Source of the DNA: an uncultured Dehalococcoidia bacterium
Lineage (GTDB): Bacteria > Chloroflexota > Dehalococcoidia > Bin125
Length of the DNA stretch: 64,000 nt
Direction of reading: 5' to 3'
NCBI GenBank assembly: GCA_958295515.1
Contig: CATQGW010000001.1
Location: 580,923 to 644,922 of the forward strand
Below are positions 38,901 to 47,730 of the stretch, one piece after another (positions within the stretch are counted from its first letter, which is position 1; every line of letters begins with the position of its first letter). The position numbers and the translations under genes were made by a program. The notes below the pieces were generated by a model that was given only the letters and a program-made list of their open reading frames with translations, had not been told where the DNA came from and did no database searches.

Positions 38901-39968
38901 ATGAGCAACGCAGAAACCGCGCCCTCCAGCGCCCCCCGCTACAGCGCCACCGGCGTCGACGTCGACGCCAACGACCGCCTAATCGCCAGCTACCGCGAAC
39001 TGGCCGAGCGCGCCCGCCGCCCCGAACAGGTCGGCGCAGTCGGCGCGTTTAGCGGGCTCTTCGACCTCAGCGCTCATCCCAACCCCACACTCGTCGCCTC
39101 GACCGACGGCGTGGGCACCAAAGTGCTGATCGCCGGCCTCGCCGAGCGCTTCGACAGTGTCGGGCGCGACCTCGTCAACCACTGCGTCAACGACATCCTC
39201 ACCGCCGGCGCAAAGCCGCTCTTCTTCCTCGACTATCTGGCCGGCAACGGCCTCAGCGAGCAGCGCAAGATCCGGATCGTCTCAGGCGTCGCCGAGGCCT
39301 GCCGCGACGCCGGCGTCGCACTGCTCGGCGGTGAAACCGCCGACATGCCCGATGTTTACCAGTCCGGCGAATTCGACCTGGCCGGCACGATCGTCGGCGT
39401 CGTCGACCGCGAGCAGGCGATCAGCGGCGCAACGATCGCCGCCGGCGACCGCCTGCTCGCCCTGCCCGCCAACGGGCTGCACACCAACGGCTACTCGCTC
39501 GCGCGCCAGGCGCTGCGCCTGCGCCCCGCCGATGGCGAGCTTGCCGAGCGCCGCGCCCGTCTGACGGCTCACCTCCCCGAGCTCGGCGAATCGCTCGCCG
39601 ACGCCCTGCTTCGCCCCCACCCCGAATACCTCACCGACCTGCGTCCCGTCCTCGACTGCGTCAAGGGACTGGCGCACATCACCGGCGGCGGCGTCGCCGG
39701 CAACCTTGAGCGCATCCTGCCCGATGGTCTCGGTGCAGCGCTGGATCGCAGCGCCTGGAGCGAGCCGCCGATCTTCGACCTGATCCGGCGGCGCGGCGCG
39801 ATCGGCGACGCCGAAATGTTCCGCGTCTTCAACATGGGCGTGGGGATGATCATCGCCGTCGCACCGGAGGACGAACCGGCGCTGCTGGCTGAGCTCGACG
39901 GAGCGTCCGGCATCGGCGAGGTGCGCGCGCTGCAGAGCGGCGTCCGTGTGGAAATCAGCGGAGCATAA
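38901..39968 (+). CDS. purM: phosphoribosylformylglycinamidine cyclo-ligase (AIR synthetase)
   Basis: …YSATGVDVDANDRLI… and …VGAVGAFSGLFDL…, PurM family. Confidence 0.9.
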   Translation: MSNAETAPSSAPRYSATGVDVDANDRLIASYRELAERARRPEQVGAVGAFSGLFDLSAHPNPTLVASTDGVGTKVLIAGLAERFDSVGRDLVNHCVNDILTAGAKPLFFLDYLAGNGLSEQRKIRIVSGVAEACRDAGVALLGGETADMPDVYQSGEFDLAGTIVGVVDREQAISGATIAAGDRLLALPANGLHTNGYSLARQALRLRPADGELAERRARLTAHLPELGESLADALLRPHPEYLTDLRPVLDCVKGLAHITGGGVAGNLERILPDGLGAALDRSAWSEPPIFDLIRRRGAIGDAEMFRVFNMGVGMIIAVAPEDEPALLAELDGASGIGEVRALQSGVRVEISGA

Positions 39969-40265
39969 TCAGCGGCGCTTATTGACCGACCGCAGAGGCG
40001 CTCCTACATTCCGCTTGCGTCGCATTCGCTGGGGGACTGGGTGAGCGGGCGCTTGCCCGATGCCCGTGTGAGTGCGACGATACGCACGCTGCGCGCGGAA
40101 CGCGGAGCGCGATGCGAAAGGCCGATCGTGGACCTGCTGGAGTTCGCCCTCGTCACGATCCCGTTCCGGTCGGAGATCATGGAGCTGCCCCTCGTGGCGC
40201 TCACCATGCTCTTCTGCTTTGGCGCGCTCGTCGTCCTCGGGCGCTGGTGGGAGCGGTAGCCTCCC

Positions 40266-41021
40266 ATGGCCGAAATCGAACGCGCTCCCCGCAAGTCGCT
40301 CAACGAGCAGCTCTACGACCTGCTCTTCAAGAACTACGTCTGGCAGTCCATCTTCCGCACCGGCTACCCCAACACCCCGCGCAACCAGATGCTCGCGGTG
40401 GCCACCAACGTCTTCCTCCACCTCCACCCCACCCGCATCCACCGCACCCACGTCAAAATCACCCACACCTACTGCCTCGGCGGTCTCTCCTTCTTCATGT
40501 TCCTCGGCCTCACCGTCACCGGCGTGCTGCTGATGTTCTACTACGTGCCCTCCATCGAGCGCGCCTACCAGGACATCCAGGAGCTCGAAACCAATGTCCG
40601 CTTCGGGCAGCTGCTACGCAACATGCACCGCTGGATGGCGCACGCCATGATCATCCTCGTGCTCCTGCATATGATGCGCGTCTTCTACACCGGCGCCTAC
40701 AAGCCGCCCCGCGAGTTCAACTGGGTCGTCGGCGTCGTGCTGTTCATTCTCACCCTGCTGCTCTCCTTCACCGGCTACCTGCTCCCCTGGGACCAGCTCG
40801 CTTTCTGGGCAATCACGGTGGGCACAACAATGGTCGGCTCTGCGCCGGTGCTGGGCGACGAGAGCAAGTTCCTGCTGCTCGGCGGCTTCTCCGTCGGTCC
40901 CAACGCCCTGATCCGCTTCTACACCCTCCATGTGATCGGCTTGCCCTTGGTGATCTCGATCTTCATGGCGGTGCATTTCTGGCGAGTCCGCCGCGACGGC
41001 GGACTTGCGCGGCCGCTGTAG
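40266..41021 (+). CDS. cytochrome b (b6-like N-terminal subunit) of cytochrome bc complex
   Basis: Heme-ligand histidines in [28 protein letters not shown] and …[10 protein letters not shown]…, split b6-type. Confidence 0.85.
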   Translation: MAEIERAPRKSLNEQLYDLLFKNYVWQSIFRTGYPNTPRNQMLAVATNVFLHLHPTRIHRTHVKITHTYCLGGLSFFMFLGLTVTGVLLMFYYVPSIERAYQDIQELETNVRFGQLLRNMHRWMAHAMIILVLLHMMRVFYTGAYKPPREFNWVVGVVLFILTLLLSFTGYLLPWDQLAFWAITVGTTMVGSAPVLGDESKFLLLGGFSVGPNALIRFYTLHVIGLPLVISIFMAVHFWRVRRDGGLARPL

Positions 41022-41039
41022 CGGCGGGGGGAGCGACTC

Positions 41040-41939
41040 ATGGTCAGCCGCGCCGCCGCTGCGATCCGCACCCGCCCGCGCCGCGAACGCGAGTCGGAAG
41101 TACTCGTCTGGCCGGACCTCGTCTTCATCGAGTTCATCTCCGCCGTCCTCTTCTCGATCGCGCTGCTCGTCCTTTCCGCGATGGTCAACGCGCCGCTGCT
41201 CAACCGCGCCGACCCCGACACCACGCCCAACCCCTCCAAGGCGCCCTGGTACTTCCTCAACCTCCAGGAGCTGCTGCTGCACATGGAACCCGCCTGGGCC
41301 GGCGTGATCGTGCCCACCATCGCGCTCGTGCTGATCGCGGCGATCCCCTACTGGGACCGCGATACCGACGGCCAGGGCGTCTGGTTCGGCACCAAATTCG
41401 CCGGCCGGCTCGCCGTCTTCGGCTTCACCGCCTCCGTCATGGTCACCAGCCTGCTGATCATCTACGACGGCTCGCTGCACGTGATCTGGACCGAAAACAT
41501 CATCCGTGGCACCGGCCTCAACAGCGATTTCCAGTGGCCCGGCGGACTGGACTGGTTCCGCAACCTGCGCGGACTCGACACCGGCATCCCCTGGGAGTCG
41601 ATCGGTTTCACGATCGGCGGCTTTACGATGTTCGAGGACTGGCGCGCGATCCCGCTCGGCATACCCGGCACCACTACCGATCCATGGTTACTCAACCTCA
41701 ATTTCCCCTCATTCCTCTCCCAGCAGCTGGTGCCCGTCGCCACGATGGTCGGCCTGCCCGTGCTCTTCGTGCTCTTCTGCAAGATGCTCGGCTGGGTCCA
41801 CACCCGCCGCGACATCGCGCTGCTGATCTTCAGCGCCTTCATCGGCGTCTATCTCACAACCACCATCGTCGGCACCGCGTTCCGCGGCCAGGGCCAGGAC
41901 CTCAAGCCGCCCTGGGACATTGTGGTGCTGGAGGAGTAA
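41040..41939 (+). CDS. cytochrome bc complex subunit IV-like (cytochrome b C-terminal domain)
   Basis: …VWPDLVFIEF…PDTTPNPSKAPWYFLNLQELLLHM (PetD/cyt b C-terminal PEWY-region pattern), with extra C-terminal TM helices. Confidence 0.75.
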   Translation: MVSRAAAAIRTRPRRERESEVLVWPDLVFIEFISAVLFSIALLVLSAMVNAPLLNRADPDTTPNPSKAPWYFLNLQELLLHMEPAWAGVIVPTIALVLIAAIPYWDRDTDGQGVWFGTKFAGRLAVFGFTASVMVTSLLIIYDGSLHVIWTENIIRGTGLNSDFQWPGGLDWFRNLRGLDTGIPWESIGFTIGGFTMFEDWRAIPLGIPGTTTDPWLLNLNFPSFLSQQLVPVATMVGLPVLFVLFCKMLGWVHTRRDIALLIFSAFIGVYLTTTIVGTAFRGQGQDLKPPWDIVVLEE

Positions 41940-41945
41940 CGCGCC

Positions 41946-42671
41946 ATGAGTGAGCGTCGCCCCGGCACTGGTGAAGGCGGACCGCAGCGCCGCCTGCCCG
42001 CAGCCGCCGAACCCTCCGGCAGCTCGCGCCCCGCGCGCGCGCCGCACCTCGCGACCGGTGCGCGCGCCGGCGTCGTCCCCGACCAGCAGGGCGAGCGCGC
42101 GATCGTCACCCGCGCCCAGCGCCGCCGCGCCCGGGCCGGACAGATCACCCGCCGCCAGCTGCTCCGTGTCAGCTTCTGGGGCTTCTTCACCTTCAGCCTC
42201 ACCGGCGCGCTCGGCGCGTTCCTCTCCAACTTCTGGCCTCGCAACGTCACCGGCTTCGGCGGCAAAATCTCCGTCGCCGCCGCCGTCGTTCCCGAAGCCG
42301 GCGCCGACCCCTCCGCCGTGCCGATCGGCAAGTTCTACCTCTCCCACCTCAACGCCGGCGAGGGCACCCACGCCGGCTTTGGCGAAGAGGGCGACCAGGG
42401 CCTCCTCGCGCTCTGGTGGAAATGCCCGCACCTCGGCTGCACTATCCCCTGGCGCGCCGACTTCCCCTTCGAGGGCTCCTCCGGCTGGTTCCGTTGCCCC
42501 TGCCACGGCTCCACCTACACCAACGGCGGCATCCGTGTCTTCGGACCCGCCCCGCGGCCCATGGACACCATGGAAATCACCGTCAACCCCGACGGTTCTT
42601 TGACCGTTGACAGCGGTCGCATCACCAAGGGCGGGCAAGACAACCCTCGCCGCACAGTGCCCTACGCATAG
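41946..42671 (+). CDS. Rieske [2Fe-2S] iron-sulfur protein
   Basis: CPHLGC…(17)…CPCHGS Rieske boxes. Arg-rich N-terminus consistent with a Tat signal, then a TM helix. Confidence 0.85.
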   Translation: MSERRPGTGEGGPQRRLPAAAEPSGSSRPARAPHLATGARAGVVPDQQGERAIVTRAQRRRARAGQITRRQLLRVSFWGFFTFSLTGALGAFLSNFWPRNVTGFGGKISVAAAVVPEAGADPSAVPIGKFYLSHLNAGEGTHAGFGEEGDQGLLALWWKCPHLGCTIPWRADFPFEGSSGWFRCPCHGSTYTNGGIRVFGPAPRPMDTMEITVNPDGSLTVDSGRITKGGQDNPRRTVPYA

Positions 42672-42689
42672 CGCAGCGGACGGACGAGC

Positions 42690-43805
42690 ATGACTGGTCA
42701 GAACACCGAGAAGCAGATCCTTGCGATGGTCGTGCTGTTGGTGATCTCGGTCGCCGCACTGGGCGCCTACACCTGGTTCGACAACGGCCGCCGCACCGAG
42801 GCGGCCAGCGAAGTCTTCGAGCGCGACTCCGAGCGCGGCGCGCACATCTTCGCCCGCAACTGCCGCGTCTGCCACGGCAACGACGGCGCCGGGCGCGAGA
42901 GCAACTCCACGCTGGTCGGCCCCGCCCTCAACACCCCCTCCAACACCTTCGCCTGGCGCACCGAAAACGCCGGCCAACTCGAATCGCTGCAAAACCGCTA
43001 CCGCTTCACCATCGCCTGCGGGCGCAACGGCACCCCCATGCCACCCTGGGCGCTCACGCAGGGCGGCTCGCTCGATGACTTCAAGATCGACAACCTCGTC
43101 ACCCTGATCACGACCAACGCCGGCAACGCCTGGGAGATCGCCGTCGAAGCCGCCATCCACGAGGATGAACTGGCCATCGGAAACCTCGAAATCGCCCTGC
43201 ACGGCGCGGAGCGACTCCTCGAAGCCGGAGGCTGGAGCGCCGATCTTGAGGCCGCCCAGGCCGCCGTCAACGCCGCCGAAGCCGACGACGCACAACTCGC
43301 CCTCCTGCGTCGCGCCCTCGCCGACGCCTTGGCCGAAGCCGACGCGCTCGCTGAAGCGGGCGCGAGCGACGAGGAAATCGCCGACGCCGAAAGCGCCGTC
43401 GAAAATGCCGGCACCGCCCTCGACAACTACGAGCGCTCCTACACGCGGCTCGTGCTCGACGCGATCGAGGTCGCCACCGGAGACCCGGAGCAAGACAAAG
43501 AGCAGATCGCCGAAGCGCGCAGCCGGCTGAACGAAGCCGGCGGCGTGCTGCGCACAGTCGCGGAGCAACGCGCCTGGCTCAAAGTCGCAACCGACCTCGC
43601 CACCGCCCACTCCAACCTCGATGAGGCCGAAGAACGCTTCGCCATCGGCCTGCCGATTATGCTCCCGCCCGCTCAGGTCACCGCCAGCACCTGCGGCCAG
43701 CTGCAGCAGTACCACCAGTTCGGAACCGCCGAAACGCTGACCGCCGCGACCGAAGGCGACCAACTCGGCGGCTGGCTCGACTCGCTGGACACCGACGACA
43801 GCTAA
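42690..43805 (+). CDS. monoheme c-type cytochrome with long Ala/Glu-rich C-terminal extension
   Basis: N-terminal TM anchor. CRVCHG heme-binding site. ~250-aa low-complexity A/E-rich tail. Confidence 0.7.
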   Translation: MTGQNTEKQILAMVVLLVISVAALGAYTWFDNGRRTEAASEVFERDSERGAHIFARNCRVCHGNDGAGRESNSTLVGPALNTPSNTFAWRTENAGQLESLQNRYRFTIACGRNGTPMPPWALTQGGSLDDFKIDNLVTLITTNAGNAWEIAVEAAIHEDELAIGNLEIALHGAERLLEAGGWSADLEAAQAAVNAAEADDAQLALLRRALADALAEADALAEAGASDEEIADAESAVENAGTALDNYERSYTRLVLDAIEVATGDPEQDKEQIAEARSRLNEAGGVLRTVAEQRAWLKVATDLATAHSNLDEAEERFAIGLPIMLPPAQVTASTCGQLQQYHQFGTAETLTAATEGDQLGGWLDSLDTDDS

Positions 43806-43851
43806 CGCGCTAACCTGAAATTCCGCACCGTGCGGATCGAGGAGGAATGCA

Positions 43852-43974
43852 ATGGCAGCAGCCCAGACCGGCAAGCGCTACGTCTGCCCCAGCTGCGGCG
43901 CGGAGTTCATCGTCACCCGTGGCGGCGAGGCCGAGCTGAAGTGCGGCGGCAACGTGCTCGAAGAGAAAAAGTAG
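43852..43974 (+). CDS. small Cys-containing protein (40 aa)
   Basis: ATG 7 nt after GAGGAGGA. Product MAAAQTGKRYVCPSCGAEFIVTRGGEAELKCGGNVLEEKK (CPSC…KCGG). Below the ORF-track length cutoff. Confidence 0.35.
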   Translation: MAAAQTGKRYVCPSCGAEFIVTRGGEAELKCGGNVLEEKK

Positions 43975-44009
43975 CGAACGACGCTCAGCACTCCCAGGAG
44001 GCAAACCCG

Positions 44010-44150
44010 TGGCAGTCCAACTCGGCAAGCGCTACAAGGACGAACAGACCGGCATTGAGGTGCTCTGCATCAAGCCCGGCGATTGCGATCTCAAGGCCGA
44101 TGACCGCGAGATGGAACTGATGCAGCCCAAGGTGCTGCCTTCGGCGGACT
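44010..44150 (+). CDS. small protein (46 aa), paralog of preceding small ORF
   Basis: GTG 8 nt after AGGAGG. Product (M)AVQLGKRYKDEQTGIEVLCIKPGDCDL…. Shares the MAxQxGKRY N-terminus with the 43852 ORF. Confidence 0.3.
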
Positions 44151-44172
44151 GACCCCGCCCGCGGCAGCGCCA

Positions 44173-44634
44173 ATGCCCAGCCTGCGCGAACGCCTGCGCG
44201 ACGATCTCAAGGACGCCATGCGCGCCCGCGATGCCGTTCGCCGCGACACCATCCGCCTCGTCGAAGCCGCGATCAAGAACGCCGAAATCGAAAAACGCGG
44301 CGCCCAACTCTCCGATCAGGATGTGCAGGCCATCCTGCAACGCCAGGTCAAACAGCGCCACGACAGCATTGAGCAGTACGAACAGGTCAATCGCTCCGAC
44401 CTGGCCGACGCCGAGCGCGCCGAACTCGCCGTAATCGAGGCCTACCTTCCGCAGCAGATGTCGCGCGAAGAGATCGAAACCACCGCCCGCGCCGCCATCG
44501 AACAGCTCGGCGCATCCGGCCCCGGCGACCGCGGCAAAGTCATGGGCAAGCTCATGCCCCAACTCCGCGGCCAGGCCGACGGCGCAACCGTCAACGCCGT
44601 CGTCTCCGACCTCCTCTCCCCGCCCGACGCCTGA
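44173..44634 (+). CDS. GatB/YqeY domain-containing protein
   Basis: …LRERLRDDLKDAMRARDAVRRDTIRLVEAAIKNAEIE… is the typical YqeY family pattern. Confidence 0.8.
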   Translation: MPSLRERLRDDLKDAMRARDAVRRDTIRLVEAAIKNAEIEKRGAQLSDQDVQAILQRQVKQRHDSIEQYEQVNRSDLADAERAELAVIEAYLPQQMSREEIETTARAAIEQLGASGPGDRGKVMGKLMPQLRGQADGATVNAVVSDLLSPPDA

Positions 44635-44752
44635 CGCCTTTCCCTCTCCCCCTGCTGAAGGGGCAGTAGAAGAAATCCCCAACCGCCTGAACGCCCTCAC
44701 CCCGCCTGTATGATCACTCCCATCCCCTGAGCGTGGCGGCCGATGGCACCCG

Positions 44753-46954
44753 ATGCCCCGACAGCACTATTTCACTCCTCTCCGAGTCGGCGTCTTCAGC
44801 ATCGCCGTAGCAATCGGCATCGTGCTCGCGCTGACTCCGCTGCGCGGCGCTGAGCAATTCCCCCAACTCGGCGATGTCGCCGACCGCAGCTGGACAACCG
44901 ACCTGGAGATCACGTTCGACAGCGCGCATCTGACCGAGCAGGCGCGCGAAGAAGCGCGCGCAAGGGTCGAACAGCGCTTCATGTACGACGCGGACATCGC
45001 CCCCGCTCAGCTGGCGGCGCTGCAGGTGTATCTGGACGACCTGGTCTCCGCCAGAGCAGCCCGCGCGGAAGCCACCGCAGCGCTCGAACAGGAGGAGGTG
45101 GATGAGAGCCCGGTGCGGATCATGAGCAGCCGGGTCGATCCGGCCACGCAGGATGCGCTGCTGGAGATCGCAGAGCCCCAGTTCCGCGCCGTGCAGCGGG
45201 AGGCGCGCAATGTGCTCAACGCGCTGCTCCAGCGGCGCATCAACGAAGACGATCTCGCGCTGATTCGCCTCGACATCGCCGATCTGCTCGATCCCGAGAC
45301 ATCGGTCTTCCGGGCTGCGCTCGTCGATGATCTCGTCGCCGCCTACCTGCGCGCCACCCTCGTGCCCGACCCCACCGCCACCGCCGCCGCCCGCGACCGC
45401 GCCGCCGTCGCCGTAGCGCCCGTCACCGTCGCCTACCCGCAGGACGCGCTGCTTATCGCCGGCGGCGAAACCGTCGACGAAGTAACCGCCGAAGCGCTGA
45501 ACCAGCTCACGCCCCGCAGCGCCCGCGTGCCGCTCGAACCGCTCGCCGCCATGCTGTTGCTCGGCGTCGGCGCTTCCGCCGCCTGCGGCCTCTACCTCTT
45601 CCTTGCCAAGCCCGACGCCGCCGCGAGCGACCGGCGCATGCTGCTGCTCGGCTTCCTGATCGTCCTCGCCGTCCTCGCCGCCCGCGCCTGGTTCGAGTTC
45701 GCCCTGCCCGACTGGCGCACCGAATCGGTTGATCTGATGGTGCCCATCGCCGCCGGACCATTGCTGATCGCCGCCCTGCTCAGCACCGAACTCGGCGTCA
45801 TGTCCAGCGTGCTGATCGCCATGCTGGTCGGCGTCGCTGCTGTCGTGCTGCCCGACTACGGCGACGCAGCGCCGATGGGAGCGCAGGCCGTCCGTCCGGT
45901 CGTGGTCTTCTTGCTCGTCTCGCTCGCCGCCGTGCTCGCCTCAACCCGCGCCCAGGTGCTCTCGCAGTTCGGACTGACCGGCCTCGTCGCCGGCTTCACC
46001 GCGTTTATCGCCGGTCTTGCCTTCTGGCTCTTCGACGGCTCGCGCGAGACGGTCCAGATCGGCTGGCTCGGCCTCGCCGGCGTCGCCGTCGCCGTGGGCA
46101 CCGCGGTGATCACCATCGGCGCCTTCTCCCTGCTCGGCGCAGTCTTCGGAATCACCACCCGCATGCAGCTGATCGAGCTCGCCCAGCTCCAACGCCCGCT
46201 GCTGCGCCGCCTACAGGAAGAAGCGCCCGGCACCTTCCATCATTCGCTGCTGGTCGCCACACTCGGCGAGCGCGCCGCAGCCCAGATCAACGCCAACGCG
46301 CTGCTCGTCCGCGTCGGCGCGTATTACCACGACATCGGCAAGCTGCACAGCCCGGGCATGTTCATCGAGAACCAGGCTGAGGGACCCAACCCGCACGAGC
46401 AGCTCAACCCGCGCGAGAGCGCGCGCGTGATCATCGAGCACGTCCATCACGGCGACGCGCTCGCACGCGCCGCTCGTCTGCCGCGGCGCATCCGCGCCTT
46501 CATCTCCGAACATCACGGCTCGCGCCGTGTGACCTACTTCTACCGCAAGGCGGCGATGGCCGACCCTCGCGCCGAACCCGCTGAGTTCACCTACGCCGGT
46601 CCCCCGCCGCAGACGCGCGAAACCGCGATTGTGATGCTCGCCGACTCCTGCGAAGCCGTGGTCCGCGCCAGCCCCGAGCACGACGACCAGACCATTGGGC
46701 TGCTGATCGACAGCGTGATCGAAGAGCGTGTGCGCGAGCGCCAGCTGCACGAGTGCGACATCACGATGCGCGAGCTGCAGACCGTCGGCGAGTCGTTCAA
46801 ATCCACCTTGCGCGGCGTCTACCACGCGCGGATCGAATACCCCGAGCCCTCCGCGGCGGAGCGCGCCGAGATCGGCGTCCACTCCGTCGGCGCGACTGTC
46901 GCCGTCAGTCCGCCGCCGAGTGCGTCGGGCGGGAACCGCGATGCGCCGTCATAA
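44753..46954 (+). CDS. 7TM receptor with intracellular HD hydrolase domain (7TMR-HD, PgpH-like)
   Basis: Extracellular N-domain and a 7-TM block. C-terminal HD domain: …HHSLLVATLGERAA…YYHDIGK…. Confidence 0.75.
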   Translation: MPRQHYFTPLRVGVFSIAVAIGIVLALTPLRGAEQFPQLGDVADRSWTTDLEITFDSAHLTEQAREEARARVEQRFMYDADIAPAQLAALQVYLDDLVSARAARAEATAALEQEEVDESPVRIMSSRVDPATQDALLEIAEPQFRAVQREARNVLNALLQRRINEDDLALIRLDIADLLDPETSVFRAALVDDLVAAYLRATLVPDPTATAAARDRAAVAVAPVTVAYPQDALLIAGGETVDEVTAEALNQLTPRSARVPLEPLAAMLLLGVGASAACGLYLFLAKPDAAASDRRMLLLGFLIVLAVLAARAWFEFALPDWRTESVDLMVPIAAGPLLIAALLSTELGVMSSVLIAMLVGVAAVVLPDYGDAAPMGAQAVRPVVVFLLVSLAAVLASTRAQVLSQFGLTGLVAGFTAFIAGLAFWLFDGSRETVQIGWLGLAGVAVAVGTAVITIGAFSLLGAVFGITTRMQLIELAQLQRPLLRRLQEEAPGTFHHSLLVATLGERAAAQINANALLVRVGAYYHDIGKLHSPGMFIENQAEGPNPHEQLNPRESARVIIEHVHHGDALARAARLPRRIRAFISEHHGSRRVTYFYRKAAMADPRAEPAEFTYAGPPPQTRETAIVMLADSCEAVVRASPEHDDQTIGLLIDSVIEERVRERQLHECDITMRELQTVGESFKSTLRGVYHARIEYPEPSAAERAEIGVHSVGATVAVSPPPSASGGNRDAPS

Positions 46955-47020
46955 CGTTGCCGCCCGCGCTCGCCGGTTGTCCCATCCGTCGCCGGCGATA
47001 GCATCGAGACGCATCTTCCA

Positions 47021-47719
47021 ATGGAGGCCGCCGTGCGGTTTGCGGTAGTCGCGTTTCCCGGCACCTGGAGCGATTGGGACTGCATCCACGCGCTGAGGGA
47101 CCTGGGGCAGCAAGCCGAGCGTGTGTGGCACCGCGAGTCCGACCTCGACGGCTACGACGGGGTCATTCTGCCCGGCGGCTTCTCCTACGGGGACCACCTC
47201 CGCTGTGGGGCAATCGCTCGCTTCTCACCGGTCATGCAGGCGGTCAGCCGCCTGGCGGAGCGCGGCCGGCCGGTCTTCGGCTCCTGCAACGGCTTTCAGA
47301 TTTTGTGCGAGGCCGGCCTGTTGCCCGGCGCGCTGCTGCGCAACCACTCGCTGCAATTCCGCTGCCAGCCGCAGTATGTCCGCGTCGAGCGCGCCGACAA
47401 CGGCTTCACCGCGGCCTGCGAGGGCGGCCAGGTGCTGCAACTGCCGATCTCCCACGGCGAAGGCGCGTATCACGCTGCCCCGGATGTGTTGCGCGAACTC
47501 GAGGAGACGGGCCGCATCCTGTTCCGCTATTGCGACGAAACGGGCGCGCTGAGCGACGATGCCAACCCCAACGGCTCGCTGCACGACATCGCGGGCGTGC
47601 TCAACGCGCAGGGCAACGTGCTGGGGATGATGCCGCACCCGGAGCGTGCCTCCGACCCGCTGCTCGGCGGCACTGACGGCAACCTGTTGTGGCGCTCGAT
47701 CATCGAGCGCTGGGGCTGA
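47021..47719 (+). CDS. purQ: phosphoribosylformylglycinamidine synthase subunit PurQ (glutaminase)
   Basis: …VILPGGFSYGD… and catalytic FGSCNGFQIL of the triad GATase. Confidence 0.85.
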   Translation: MEAAVRFAVVAFPGTWSDWDCIHALRDLGQQAERVWHRESDLDGYDGVILPGGFSYGDHLRCGAIARFSPVMQAVSRLAERGRPVFGSCNGFQILCEAGLLPGALLRNHSLQFRCQPQYVRVERADNGFTAACEGGQVLQLPISHGEGAYHAAPDVLRELEETGRILFRYCDETGALSDDANPNGSLHDIAGVLNAQGNVLGMMPHPERASDPLLGGTDGNLLWRSIIERWG

Positions 47720-47730
47720 TCGTGCCCGAT

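Noticed and set aside
41709-43874. 721-aa minus-strand ORF over Rieske/cytochrome c genes
   Set aside because: Antisense, Gly/Ala-rich. + strand genes contain Rieske boxes and CxxCH.
43830-44120. 96-aa + strand ORF spanning the two mini-ORFs
   Set aside because: Different frame, no RBS, low-complexity product. The two short ORFs each have canonical SD sequences.
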